The translations under genes and the position numbers were made by a program. From the NCBI GenBank assembly GCA_028826165.1, contig JAPDFW010000098.1:113173-177172 (forward strand): DNA of 64,000 bases, read 5' to 3'. The notes under the pieces are model-generated. The model ran no database searches and was not told where the DNA came from. It saw only the letters and a program-made list of their open reading frames with translations. This DNA is from Anaeramoeba ignava BMAN. Lineage: Eukaryota > Protista > Anaeramoebae. This document shows, piece by piece, positions 11,801 through 23,676 of this stretch; position 1 is the first letter of the stretch; every line of letters begins with the position of its first letter.

Positions 11801-14800
11801 TTTCAATTTAATGATTTTTGTAAATGGAGTTCCTTCAAATTCAGAAGTTCCTGTTAAACTTTGTTTTCCTCATCAAGATTTGAATTTAAATTTAACTTGG
11901 AATACATCCATTCCATTTGTATCAGGATATAACAAAATTCCTTCTCAACCAATTTTACAAATTACAAATTCAACAGGAGAACCAATTCAAGGATATTATG
12001 CTTATTTTTCAATTTTGAATGATTCAGTTGAAGTAATAGATTTTAATACAGGAATAACTGGAGATATTTTAAGTACAGCTCCTTCAAATTCAAGTGGATA
12101 TGTAACTTGGAATATTTCTTTTCTTAAAATATTGTATAATGATAGAATTAATTCTTATTTTTGGATTCCAGATTGTCAAAATCCAACTCTTGATTATTAT
12201 AATACAAATAAGATAGAAAAGGATTTAAATGTTTCAATTGAAGAATTTAATTGGAAATTTTTTGATATTCCTTCTCAAATATTTTATAATCAACCTTTCC
12301 CAATTTCTCCAAAAGTTCTTGTTTCAAATCAAAATACAAATGAACCAATTTCTAATAAATATATTATTTTTCAAATGCAGAATAGTTCTGATAATACTCA
12401 ATATATTGATATCAAAACGGAAATTACAAATGAAAATGGAATTGCAACATTTTCAAATTTATTTTTGGATTTAGAAGAAGAAATTGAGGAAATAAATATT
12501 CAATTTATTTGTGATTATAAATCTTATTCACAAGATATCAAAATTATTTATGAACCAACTCATATTCAAATTTTAAGTTCTGCAAGAAATCATTCCCAAA
12601 TTGGAATCCCATTTATTTTCCCTAATCAATCAATAACATTTAATAACAAGAATTATTTAGGTTCATTTATTGTTCAACTTTTTTCTTTTTCAATTCCAAT
12701 TTCTGGAAAACCAATAACTGCTAAATTAATTTCACAAAATTCAGAAAATGGGAAATTAGATCCATCAACTTCACTTGAAATAACTGATGAAAATGGAATT
12801 GCAGTTTTCAATCTAAGAATGGAATCAGGAAATTTTGGATATTATCAAATTGAATTTTCTTATTTAAATTCAATTTCTATTACAAGTGATCCAATTTATG
12901 TTCAAATTCCAATTCAAAAAGTAAATCTTATTCCAACTTCAGATTTTCCAAATGAATTAGAAATTGGAAATACATTTTCAGCAACAATTAATATCACTTT
13001 TTTTGAATATTTTGAAAATTTTGAAAATATTTCTTTTCCAATTAATATTATTACAAAATGTTCAGATGCTTCTTTTTCTAATGATAATATTGTCAAAAAA
13101 CCAAATAATGAAATGGTTTTAAACAATTTGAAATTTGATTCAGTTTCAGGAAATTCAGAATGCTTGAATAAAGAAGGAAAAGTAAAAGCAGAAATTGCAT
13201 TTTCAGTTTTAGGAATTCAATCAAATTTCCAAACAATTTTAATTACATCACCTGATAAAATTGTTGTAACAAAAGCAATTGATTCACTTAAACAATCTTT
13301 TCTTTTTTGGGTTTTAGTTTATGTCTTATTTTCCCATTTGTTCTTAATTCAACAAAGAATCATAATATTATTACATTTCTTATTGTTATTGGATTAATTA
13401 TTGTTTTGATGGTTTATATTTCAAATTTAATTCCTAAAACAGATAAAATTGAAACAAGACAATTTGTTGCATTATCAATTTTTGAATCAATTCTTATTAG
13501 TCTTTCTCTTTTGATTTTATTGATTATTATTTTATCAAAATTTATTCCAAAATTTAGAAAATTAATTGAAAAAACATTTTTTATTCATGAAAGAATATCA
13601 AATTATTTTATTCTTTTCAAAAGATTACTTCCAATAGGTGCAAACAAATCATTAAAATTTATTGAAATTGAAAAAACATTAAATGAACAACATTTAAATT
13701 CAGAAACAGAAACAGAATCTAAAATAAGTGATTTTGAAATTATTGATGAAGATTCTGAAAATGAAAATGAAAATGAAAATGAAAATGAAAATGAAAATGA
13801 AAATGAAAATGAAAATGAAATAATTGAAGAAATTGAATTAGAATTAGATTCACAAGAAGAAAATCAAATCAAAACCAAAATTTAAAAAATGAGAAAATTA
13901 TTAACTCATTAGCATTTAAAAAAGAAAAAGAAAATCAAATCAAATCAAAAAATAAATGTTCAATTTTTTGGAATTGGATTATTGGATTATTTAAAAAATT
14001 AATCAAAAAAATCAAATCAAAATTTGAAGATAAATCAAATCCACATCAAGAATATGAAAGTTATTTTGATTTTTATTATCCACAAAGAATGATTGTTTCA
14101 TTTTGGCTTTGGATTGTATTAGTTATTTTATTGATTTTACTTATAACAAAATTAATAAGAAGTTCTTGTTTAATTACTGAATTATATCGACAACAAGTTA
14201 TTGGAAATGTTCAACAAAATCAATGTTTTGAAGATAAACCAAATATGAATGATTATTTAAACACAATTTCAATTTATGGAGTTGAATTAATTCAAGAAAT
14301 TGATTCAACTTATTCAAGTAATCCAAATCCATTTCCAAATTCATTTTCAAGATTTATTTATTCATTTTCAAGAACAAAAGTAAATCAAATTCTTAATGCA
14401 ATATCAATTACTTCAGGAATTTCAGGATTAATTGCATTTATTATTCTTCTTTTACTTTGGAGATCAATTTTCAAATTATATAAGAAAAGAATAATGCTTT
14501 TAAGACAAGGTAAAAAACCATTTCCAGGATTTGATACAGCAGATCCAGTTAAAGTAACTTCATATACAAATTTACAAGCTTGGTTAGGATTAGTTTCATT
14601 CTTTTTAGTTTGGATTTTTGTTTTCATCATTTTATTTATTATTCCAGCAATTTATTGGTTCATTTCAAAAGAATTTCTTTATGGAGTTTTTAAATATTTC
14701 TTATCTTTGATTATAATTATTATTGTTTATCAAATTATTTTTGGAATTATTGGTCAAAGAATTATGAGGAAATATTTCACTTATAAAAAGATAATAACTA

Positions 14801-15411
14801 ATCGAACAGCATTTTCAATTTATGATTTTATTAAATTTTTTATGACAATAGTTTCAGGAGCAACTTCATTAATTAAAAAATTATTAGGAATGGGAGGTGG
14901 ATCAATTTTATCAATTTTGAAACTTGATGATAAAAAATCATTTGATGAATCTTATGCAGCAATGATGTTAATTGATCATCAAATAAATAATCCAATTCTA
15001 AGAGTTTTTTCAAATTATTTAATTAATTTTGTTAATCAGAAAAAAATTATGTTTCAAAAAATATTTCCAAAAGGAATTAATCAAGATCTTTTAAACAAAG
15101 AAAAAAAAACACAACTTACTTTTATTGAATATCATCCAATTTCTCATGAACCAATTCAAAAAGAAAAAATTAGAAAAATATTTTTATTTCTTCTTACACT
15201 TTCAGCAAATAAAAATTTAAAAGAATTAAGAAAAAAAGCACTTAAAATTGAAAAAAGAAGAAAAGAATTAAAAAAAGAAAAAGAAGAAAAAGTTCAAAAA
15301 TTAATTGAAGAAAAATTGAAATCAAATTCAGAAGAAAAACAACAAGAAGAAATAATATTTGATAATCAATTAGAAATTCCATTAATTCCAAGAAACCGAA
15401 CAATTAATTAA
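8821..15411 (+). CDS. Large multi-exon membrane protein: N-terminal TM, tandem bacterial-Ig-like repeats, C-terminal STRA6/RBP-receptor-like polytopic domain
   Basis: About 8 short GT-AG introns (e.g. 9013-9077, ~9142-9243, 9545-9624, 10532-10609). Repeated T(D/N)ENG.A.F.L motifs. C-terminal AMMLIDHQINNPILRVF and IRKIFLFLLTLSANKNLKELRKK resemble STRA6-family motifs. Apparent 1-bp frameshifts near 8835, 11320, 13330 and 13880; exon boundaries approximate. Confidence 0.72.
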
Positions 15412-15576
15412 TTAATTCATTTCAAATTCCACTTTTTTTTTTATGATTTTGATTTTGATTTTGAAATAATTTTTTTAAATCATTTGAAAGTTTTTCTAAA
15501 TTTAAATAAGTTTTCATTTATAAAATAAAAATGAAAAAATGAAAAAATGAAAAATTCATTTTTTTTCTTTTTAAAA

Positions 15577-17331
15577 ATGAATGATTGTTTATTTTTTGGT
15601 TATAATTATTTTCCAATTCTTTTAATAAATAAACCATATAAAATAACAAAACCAATTCAATTTAAATTTGAAAATGAAAATGAAAATGAAAATGAAAATG
15701 AAAAACAAATTAAACAAATTTCATCAGGTTATTTTGGAACAATTTTCCTTTTTGAAAATGGAAAAGCAATAGAATATTTAAATGAAAATGATTCAAATCA
15801 AAATCCTGAAAAAATCCAAATTGAAAATATTCAAAAAATAACTGTTGGTGATCGAAGTGAATCTATTTTAACAAAAGAAGGAAATGTATTTGCCAAAGGA
15901 AGATATATTAATCCAAATAATTCAAAAGAATTTATCAATATTTCATTATTAATTGAAGATAAAAATGATAGAATAATTGAAGATATTGCTTCTGGAAGAT
16001 ATTCAATTTACTTATTAACTTTAAATCAAAATGCTTATGGAATTGGTTCAAATCAAGATGGTCAAATTGGTTTTGATTCTAAAACACTTTCAAAAACAGA
16101 AAAACCAATTTTAATGATGAAAAATGTTTCTAAAATATTTTCAGGAATTGCTTCAACTCATGTTTTTCTTTTAAATTCAAATCAAGAATTATTTGGATGT
16201 GGATTTAATCAATATAGTCAACTTGGATTAGGAGAATCAAGAGAAGAAAGAAAAATACAAAAATTAACCCAAATCCAAAATATTCCAAAAGGCAAAATAA
16301 TTGATATTCAATGTGGAGAATATCATTCAATAATGTTGATTGAAAATGAAGATGAAAATCAAAATCAAAATCAAAATCCAAAAAGAAAACTTTATTCATG
16401 TGGATCTTGGAAATATAATGGACTTGACCAAAATCAAAATACTTATGAATTTACTGAAATCGAATCACCTTTATTTGAAAATGATGAAGATATTCTTGAA
16501 ATTTCTGTTGGAAATTCTCATACTTTGATTTTAACATCTAATTCAAAATTAATTGGATTTGGATATAATAGATATGGTCAATTAGGAACTGGAAATACAG
16601 AAGAACAATTAATTCCAATTCAAATTGAACTTCCTAAATTAAGATTTAATGAAAATATTTCTAATTATCATATTTCTTGTGGAGTTTCTAAATCATTTCT
16701 TTATTATTCTCCTCTTTCTTTTTCAAATCTTGAAGAAGATTTGATAAAATTATTTGAAAGAAAAGAATTTTGTGATATTTCATTTAAAACAGAAAATGGA
16801 GAAATAATTGAAGCTCATAAATTAATATTAAAATATAGATTAAATCAAAATCAAAATGAAATTGAAAAACTTCAAGAAATTATTTCAAATAAATCAATTA
16901 AAGAATCAAATCAAATATTTGAAATGATTTATTCAAACAGAATAATAAATCCAAAATTATATTCTGAAATTAAAGAAATTATAAATTCCAATGAAAAAAT
17001 TGAAGAAACAATTAAAAGAATTTATTTAAATGAAAATGAAAAAGATTTTATAATTGAAAGAAAAGAAAAACAATATAAATTTCCTAAATTAATATTAATA
17101 ATGAGAAGTGAATTATATCGAGGAATGTTTTTATCTGTAATAAATGATACTTCTAATAAAGTTACAGATTATAGTGAATTAAGTAATAAATCATTTCAAT
17201 TATTAGAATATTGGATTTATTCAAATCAAATTAAAAATGGAATTCAAATTACACAAGAAATAATTGATGAAATTAAAATTGGAATTGATTATTTTCAATT
17301 AAATCAAAACAAAATCCAAAATTTATTTTGA
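15577..17331 (+). CDS. RCC1-repeat + BTB protein, paralog 1
   Basis: RCC1 motifs (G.N..GQLG, QCGEYHS, SVGNSHTL) followed by two BTB-like segments (FCDISFK...AHKLIL; KDFIIE...FPKLILIMRSELYRGMF). Intronless; last codons probably frameshifted. Confidence 0.92.
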   Translation: MNDCLFFGYNYFPILLINKPYKITKPIQFKFENENENENENEKQIKQISSGYFGTIFLFENGKAIEYLNENDSNQNPEKIQIENIQKITVGDRSESILTKEGNVFAKGRYINPNNSKEFINISLLIEDKNDRIIEDIASGRYSIYLLTLNQNAYGIGSNQDGQIGFDSKTLSKTEKPILMMKNVSKIFSGIASTHVFLLNSNQELFGCGFNQYSQLGLGESREERKIQKLTQIQNIPKGKIIDIQCGEYHSIMLIENEDENQNQNQNPKRKLYSCGSWKYNGLDQNQNTYEFTEIESPLFENDEDILEISVGNSHTLILTSNSKLIGFGYNRYGQLGTGNTEEQLIPIQIELPKLRFNENISNYHISCGVSKSFLYYSPLSFSNLEEDLIKLFERKEFCDISFKTENGEIIEAHKLILKYRLNQNQNEIEKLQEIISNKSIKESNQIFEMIYSNRIINPKLYSEIKEIINSNEKIEETIKRIYLNENEKDFIIERKEKQYKFPKLILIMRSELYRGMFLSVINDTSNKVTDYSELSNKSFQLLEYWIYSNQIKNGIQITQEIIDEIKIGIDYFQLNQNKIQNLF

Positions 17332-17494
17332 TTTATTCAAAATTAAAATTAAATTTAAAATTTCAAAATCAAAATTCAAAATTAAAATTAAATTTAAAAT
17401 TAAAATTAAAAATAAAAAAATTAAAATTAAAATTAAAATTAAAATTCCAAAAATTATTTTTAAAATTTTTCTTAAAATTTTAAAAAAAAATAAA

Positions 17495-19280
17495 ATGAAA
17501 TTTTTATTTTTCATTGCAGATTTCAAAAACCAAAATTTTTTCAAAAATAAACCAGAAAAAATAAGAAAGCCAATTCAATTTAAATTTGAAAATGAAAATG
17601 AAAATGAAAATAAAAATGAAAAACAAATTAAACAAATTTCATCAGGAAGTTATTCAATAATTTTCCTTTTTAAAAATGGAAAAGCAATAGAATATTTAAA
17701 AGAAAATGATTCAAAACAAAATCCTTCAAAAATCCAAATTGAAGAGAATATTCAAAAAGTAACTGTTGGTGATGATAATGTAGCTATTTTAACAAAAGAA
17801 GGAAATGTATTTGCCAAAGGAAAAGATATTAATCCAAATAATCCAGATCAATTTATCAATATTTCATTATTAATTGAAGATAAAAATGATAGAATAATTC
17901 AAGATATTGTTTCTGGAAGTAATTCAATTTATTTATTAACTTCAAATAAAAATGTTTATGGAATTGGTTCAAATCATTATGGTCAAATTGGTTTAGATTC
18001 TAAAACACTTAAAAAAACAGAAAAACCAATTTTAATGATGAAAAATGTTTCTAAAATATTTTCAGGAAATTCTTCATATCATGTTTTTCTTTTAAATTCA
18101 AATCAAGAATTATTTGGATGCGGATTTAATCAATATAGTCAAGTTGGATTAGGAAAATTAAAAGAAGAAAAAAAAATCCAAAAATTAACCAAAATACAAA
18201 ATATTCCAAAAGGCAAAATAATTGATATTCAATGTGGGTATAATTATTCAATAATGTTGATTGAAAATGAAAATCAAAATCAAAATCCAAAAAGAAAACT
18301 TTATTCATGTGGATCTTCTTATTATAATGGACTTGGCAAAAATGAAAATACTTATGAATTTACTGAAATCAAATCATCTTTATTTGAAAATGATGATAAT
18401 ATTATTGATTTTTCTGTTGGAAATGCTCATACTTTGATATTAACATCCAATTCAAAATTAATTGGATTTGGATGGAATGCTTGGGGTCAATTAGGAACTG
18501 GAGATACAACAGAATATCAATTTATTCCAATTCAAATTGAACTTCCTAAATTAAGATTTAATGAAAATATTTCTAATTATCATTTTTCTTGTGGAGTTTC
18601 TAAATCATTTCTTTATTATTCTCCTCTTTCTTTTTCCAATATTGAAGAAGATTTGATAAAATTATTTAGAAGAAAAGAATTTTGTGATATTTCATTTAAA
18701 ACCGAAAATGGAGAAATAATCTAAAGCTCATAAATTAATATTAAAATATAGATTAAATCAAAATCAAAATGAAATTGAAAAACTTCAAGAAATTATTTCA
18801 AAAAAATCAATTAAAGAATCAAATCAAATATTTGAAATGATTTATTCAAACAAAATAATAAATCCAAAATTATATTCTGAAATTAAAGAAATTATAAATT
18901 CAAATGAAAAAATTGAAGAAACAATGAAAAGAATTTATTTAATTGAAAATGAAAATGAAAAAGATTTTATAATTGAAAGAAAAGAAAAACAATATAAATT
19001 TCCAAAATTAATATTAATAATGAGAAGTGAATTATATCGAGGAATGTTTTTATCTGTAACAGAAGATACTTCTAATAAAGTTACAGATTATAGTGAATTA
19101 AGTAATAAATCATTTCAAATATTTGAATATTGGATTTATTCAAATCAAATTAAAGATGAAATTCAAATTACAAAAGAAATAATTGATGAAATTCAAATTG
19201 GAATTGATTATTTTCAATTAAATCAAACAAATCCAAATTTATTTGATTTATTAATTAAAAAATTTAATAATCAAAATTAA
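17495..19280 (+). CDS. RCC1-repeat + BTB protein, paralog 2 (aberrant 5' end, frameshift near 18721)
   Basis: ORFs 17495-18724 and 18837-19280 are colinear with the other paralogs; 'ataatctaaagctcat' has one extra base versus 'ataatcaaagctcat'. Confidence 0.85.
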
Positions 19281-19590
19281 AATCAAAATTAAAATTAAAA
19301 TCAAAATCAAAATCAAAATCTAAATCAAAATCAAAATCAAAATTAAAATCTAAAATCAAAATTAAAATTAAAATTCAAAATTAAAATTAAAATTAAAATT
19401 AAAATTAAAATTAAAAATTAAAATCAAAATTAAAATTAAAACCAAAATCAAAATTAAAATTAAAATTAAAATTAAAATTAAAATTAAAATTAAAATCAAA
19501 ATTAAAATTAAAATCAAAATTAAAATCAAAATTAAAATCAAAATTTAAATCAAAATCAAAATCAAAATCAAAATCAAAATCAAAATTAAA
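19281..19590. repeat. (AAAATY)n hexamer microsatellite
   Basis: aaaatt/aaaatc repeats begin directly at the RCC1-BTB stop codon. Confidence 0.95.
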
Positions 19591-19614
19591 AAAATTTTTT
19601 TTTCATTCCAAATT

Positions 19615-22600
19615 TTAATCTTCTTTATTTAAATACCAAATCTCATTAATTTTTCTACCATTTGGATCAAATCCAAAATTTAAATTTAAATTTAAATTCA
19701 AATCTAAATTTAAATAATTATCACTCAAAACATAATAAATCTTTCGAAAACCTGAAATCAAATCCATTAAATTTGAATCACCTAATTCTTTTGCATCTGG
19801 TAAAATATCATTCAAACCATTTTTTACAATCAACATTGCAATTTCGATTGTTTGTGAAGTAATCCAATCTTTTTGCATATCAAGTAATCTGCTTATAATT
19901 GAAACAAATTTTTGATTTTTGGATTGAAAATTTTTGTTTGAAATTTCATTCAATGATTTGTTTTCAACAGAAGAAAGAAGAAAAAGAAGTTTTCGTTTTG
20001 CAATTGAATAACAATCCAAAATGTAGAATAAATCAAACACATTTAATGGTTCAATCGATAAAAATAGTTTCTCAACAAAACCATCAACTTGGAAATTAAA
20101 AAATGTCAAAACCCGAATTGATTTAAATTCAAAACTCTTCAAATCATAACTAAATTTGAAATTCAAGTTTTTTAAATCATTTGAATATTTTTCCACATAT
20201 TTCAATGTTGGTTGAGAAACAAAAGGAGAAAGTAATTTTGATTGAAACAAAGAAAACCGAATATGAAATAATCGAGGATCATGCTGTGGGAACTCTATCT
20301 TTGTAAATTCATGGAAAAAAGTAATACAAGGAAAGAGTGGCTTTGATCTTGATAAATGCGAACAAACAACTCCATAATATTTTCCATCAATAATAACCTC
20401 CATTGAATCGCGAGAAGCGTTATAGATTATAAAAATACTTGATCGTGGTTTGGAAAACTGAGGACAGAATGGAATTGTTTTATTATATACTATTGAATGG
20501 CCATCGTCTCTAATTCCACAAGAACCTTTCATCTCACCAACTATATTTGGAGTCTTATTTTTTCGTGAAATTCCAATTGCAATATTGTGAGTGAATTGAT
20601 GATTTTGTGTTATATTCATTTCCCAAATATGAATTCCTTTGTCGGGAAAAGGAAACATTGAGTATATTGTCAGAAAGTTTGATCCAATGCTTTTTGGAAT
20701 TATTACAGTGTTTTTTTTCGTAAATTGAACCATAAAATCCTCCATTTCAAACTCAAATATTGGATTAAACACTTGAATCCCTTCATTTGATCTTTGCCAA
20801 ATATCAAATGGAATTTTGTTATCTGCATACATTTCCATTTGGCTTTTGTATAAACTTCCAACTACTTGATTGATGATTTTTGTTCTTTTTGATTGAATGA
20901 ATTGAATTTTTGATTTTTGTGTTGAATAAACAAATTTTTGATTTGGAAAGGCAATCCTTGATGAAATTCCTTCTTTCGCCTTTTTCTTCATTATTACTTC
21001 TGGTTTTAAAATGTGTGTCTTTCTTTTTTCTTCTCTTAAATGATCGTAATCAAACTCAAAATGAATTTGTTTAAAATTCTCATCTTCATCTTTTCCAAAA
21101 AAATCTCCATCTTTCATTTGATAATATTTAGGTCCTTTATCAAATGAAGGTTCTGGTTTTTTAACTTGAGCTTGATCTTCATCTTGATCTTCATCCAATA
21201 AATTATATTTTTTTTGAGAAACTTGATTTTTTGTTGTTTTTGGTTTTTTTTTTGATTGAAAAAAACTTTTCCCAATTTTTGTTCCCAATCTTTTTGTTTT
21301 GAGAGATCTGGATGATTTGCGGAAAAAATTTGCAGATTTTGCTAAATCTTCACTTTTATCAATTAAAACTTCCAATTTTTCTTCTCTTGATAAAGATTTC
21401 TAAATTTTGTTTTGTTTTCATTTTCATTTTCAATTAAAAATTTTTTTTCAAAATGAATTAAAAATATACTTCTATATTTCGATGAATAGTTGATTTAGCT
21501 TCATTCACTCTTCGTTGTGTCTATTAAAAAAAAAATGGAACAAAAAGAAAAAAAAAATTTTTTTTTTGGGAATAAATTTAATATTCTTACTTTTTTTGTT
21601 GAATTATCTATTGATAATATTTGGTCTCTTTGTGCTGCGAGTTCATTTAAAACAGATCTTCCAATCTCCTCAGTTTGTTCAGATAGAAGATATGAATGTT
21701 GAAGTGATTCTTCTGTAATTGATAAAGAGATTGATTTCATTCTAAGAATAGATTCTAAAAAATGATAAAATTAAATGAATAAATAAATTTTTTTTTTTTG
21801 ATTTGTTTTCAAACCATTTATCTTATCTAATTCTGCATCTTGATCTCGAATTAGTTTGTTTTGAGCTTCTAAAATTTTTGAAATGTCTGAAGTTGAAGAT
21901 AATTTTTCAGGAAATGAAATTGGAGAATCTGAAACATTATTGAAATTTTTTTTGAAATTAGAAAGACTTGAATCAATTTGTTTCTTTTTTTGGAAAATTT
22001 TTTGTAACAAATTAACAGAATTTCTTGCTTCTAACAACAAATTTTGATAGTTATTTTTATCGAAAAACTTTGTGATTAAAATGGGAAGAAAATTGTGGAC
22101 ATTTTTAAATAAAGAATTTGGATGAAGTAAATTAAAACTGAGCAAAGTATTGTGATTGTAAACTTGCTGATTAAGTTGAAAGAAGCAATTATTTAAAAGG
22201 TGGAAAGATAATTCTGGGTTGAATAAAGGACCTGTAGCAAGAAATAGCATTGAATATGAATCGTTTTGTTGGAACAAAGAATATTCAGTGCATTTCATAA
22301 ATTTTTGGAATCCTGGTTTATTACTGGATGATTTAACTTCATTTTGAATTACAATATCTATTGCCCATTGGTGAGGGTCGTTTTGAGCTGGAAATTTAGC
22401 GAGAATAGTTCGATCAAAAGATCTTGCAATTGCGAAATATTTAAAAGTATTAAGATCCACAATTTTGCCATCATTTGTCAACATTTCTGTTCTTGTTACT
22501 GGATGAAATGCTACATTAAGTATGAATCCTGCGAATGTGATAATTGCGGAAATATTCATTAAAAGAAATATTGCGAATATTGATTTATTTAAACTTGATT

Positions 22601-23514
22601 CTTGGTCCATTTTTTGGTATTGCAATTTTGAGAGAAAAGAAATGGCAACAATTGAGAGAATTAGCATTGCAATGAATAAAACAATGTAGCCAATCAGATA
22701 CCATTTCGAGTCTAATATCATGATCTTTGTGCCGTTTTTTGTTCTGAAGTAAATTCTTGAGCGTAATTGTTCTCTTAAATTTATTCCACAAATGCGGACC
22801 TCTTTTTTCATCATTACAGAATAAAAAATTGTCAAATAAAACAAGCAAACAAGCGCATAACCAACACAAGCACCAATTGTTATTTTTAAATCCACAGCTA
22901 GAATGATATCCAGTGTATACCACAAACTGAATACAAAACACAAATTTGCATGATTGTGATAATGATGTATATTATAAAGAAAGTGTATCTTGTTTCTTTC
23001 TATTTATTTTCAATCCAAAATTTTTAATTTTTAATTTTTAATTTATTTTTTCAATTTAAATTTTTTGGATACTTTTTGAGAAAATTCAACAAATCTTTTG
23101 AAAATATTCTCCTTTTTTAAAATTATTTGTTTTGTTGGAGTTAAAACTAAAAAAGGTCCAAATCCCATTGTTATTGCTCCAAATAAAAAACAAGAACGAA
23201 GAAAAATATCTAATGTTTGATTTCCTGAGTAATCTTTTGCTAATTTAAAAGTTGTTCCTGAAAAATAATAAGCAAGTGTAATAAATCCAACTGCAAGACT
23301 AAAAGGAATTTTGATTTTATTTCAAAAAATTTCAATTTAAAAATTCAAAATATCAAATTAAATTTAAATTTAAAAAAATTCACCTTTTTGGTGATTTGTT
23401 ACTAAGTTTATAAATTTCTTCAATATATTTCTTTCCTGTTGCAAAAATCGTTGAAATTATAACTAAAGATGTTGAAACTGCTAAATTATTTTGAATAGAT
23501 TCTAAATGAATCAT
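19615..23514 (-). CDS. Chimeric protein: ~7 TM segments - longin - Qc-like/Qb-like SNARE segments - R-SNARE - SPRY - helical C-terminus
   Basis: ATG at 23514; introns 23299-23383, ~23000-23072, 21755-21814, 21521-21590 and 21400-21469; the last three are GT-AG and phase-consistent. Spliced text: AQNKLIRDQDAELDKINESILRMKSISLSITEESLQHSYLLSEQTEEIGRSVLNELAAQRDQILSIDNSTKKTQRRVNEAKSTIHRNIEKSLSREEKLEVLIDKSEDLAKSANFFRKSSRSLK. One 1-bp shift near 22940 is needed to join exons 1-2 to the rest. Confidence 0.78.
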
Positions 23515-23676
23515 TTTCTAAATTTTGTAAAAAAAAAGAAAAATGAAAAAATTTTTTGAAAACGTTTTTTCTTCCACTTTTTTTTCTTTTTCAAAATTAC
23601 AATTAAAATTACAATTAAAATTAAAATTACAATTAAAATTCCAAAATTATTTTTTTCATTTTTTTCTTTTTCAAAA

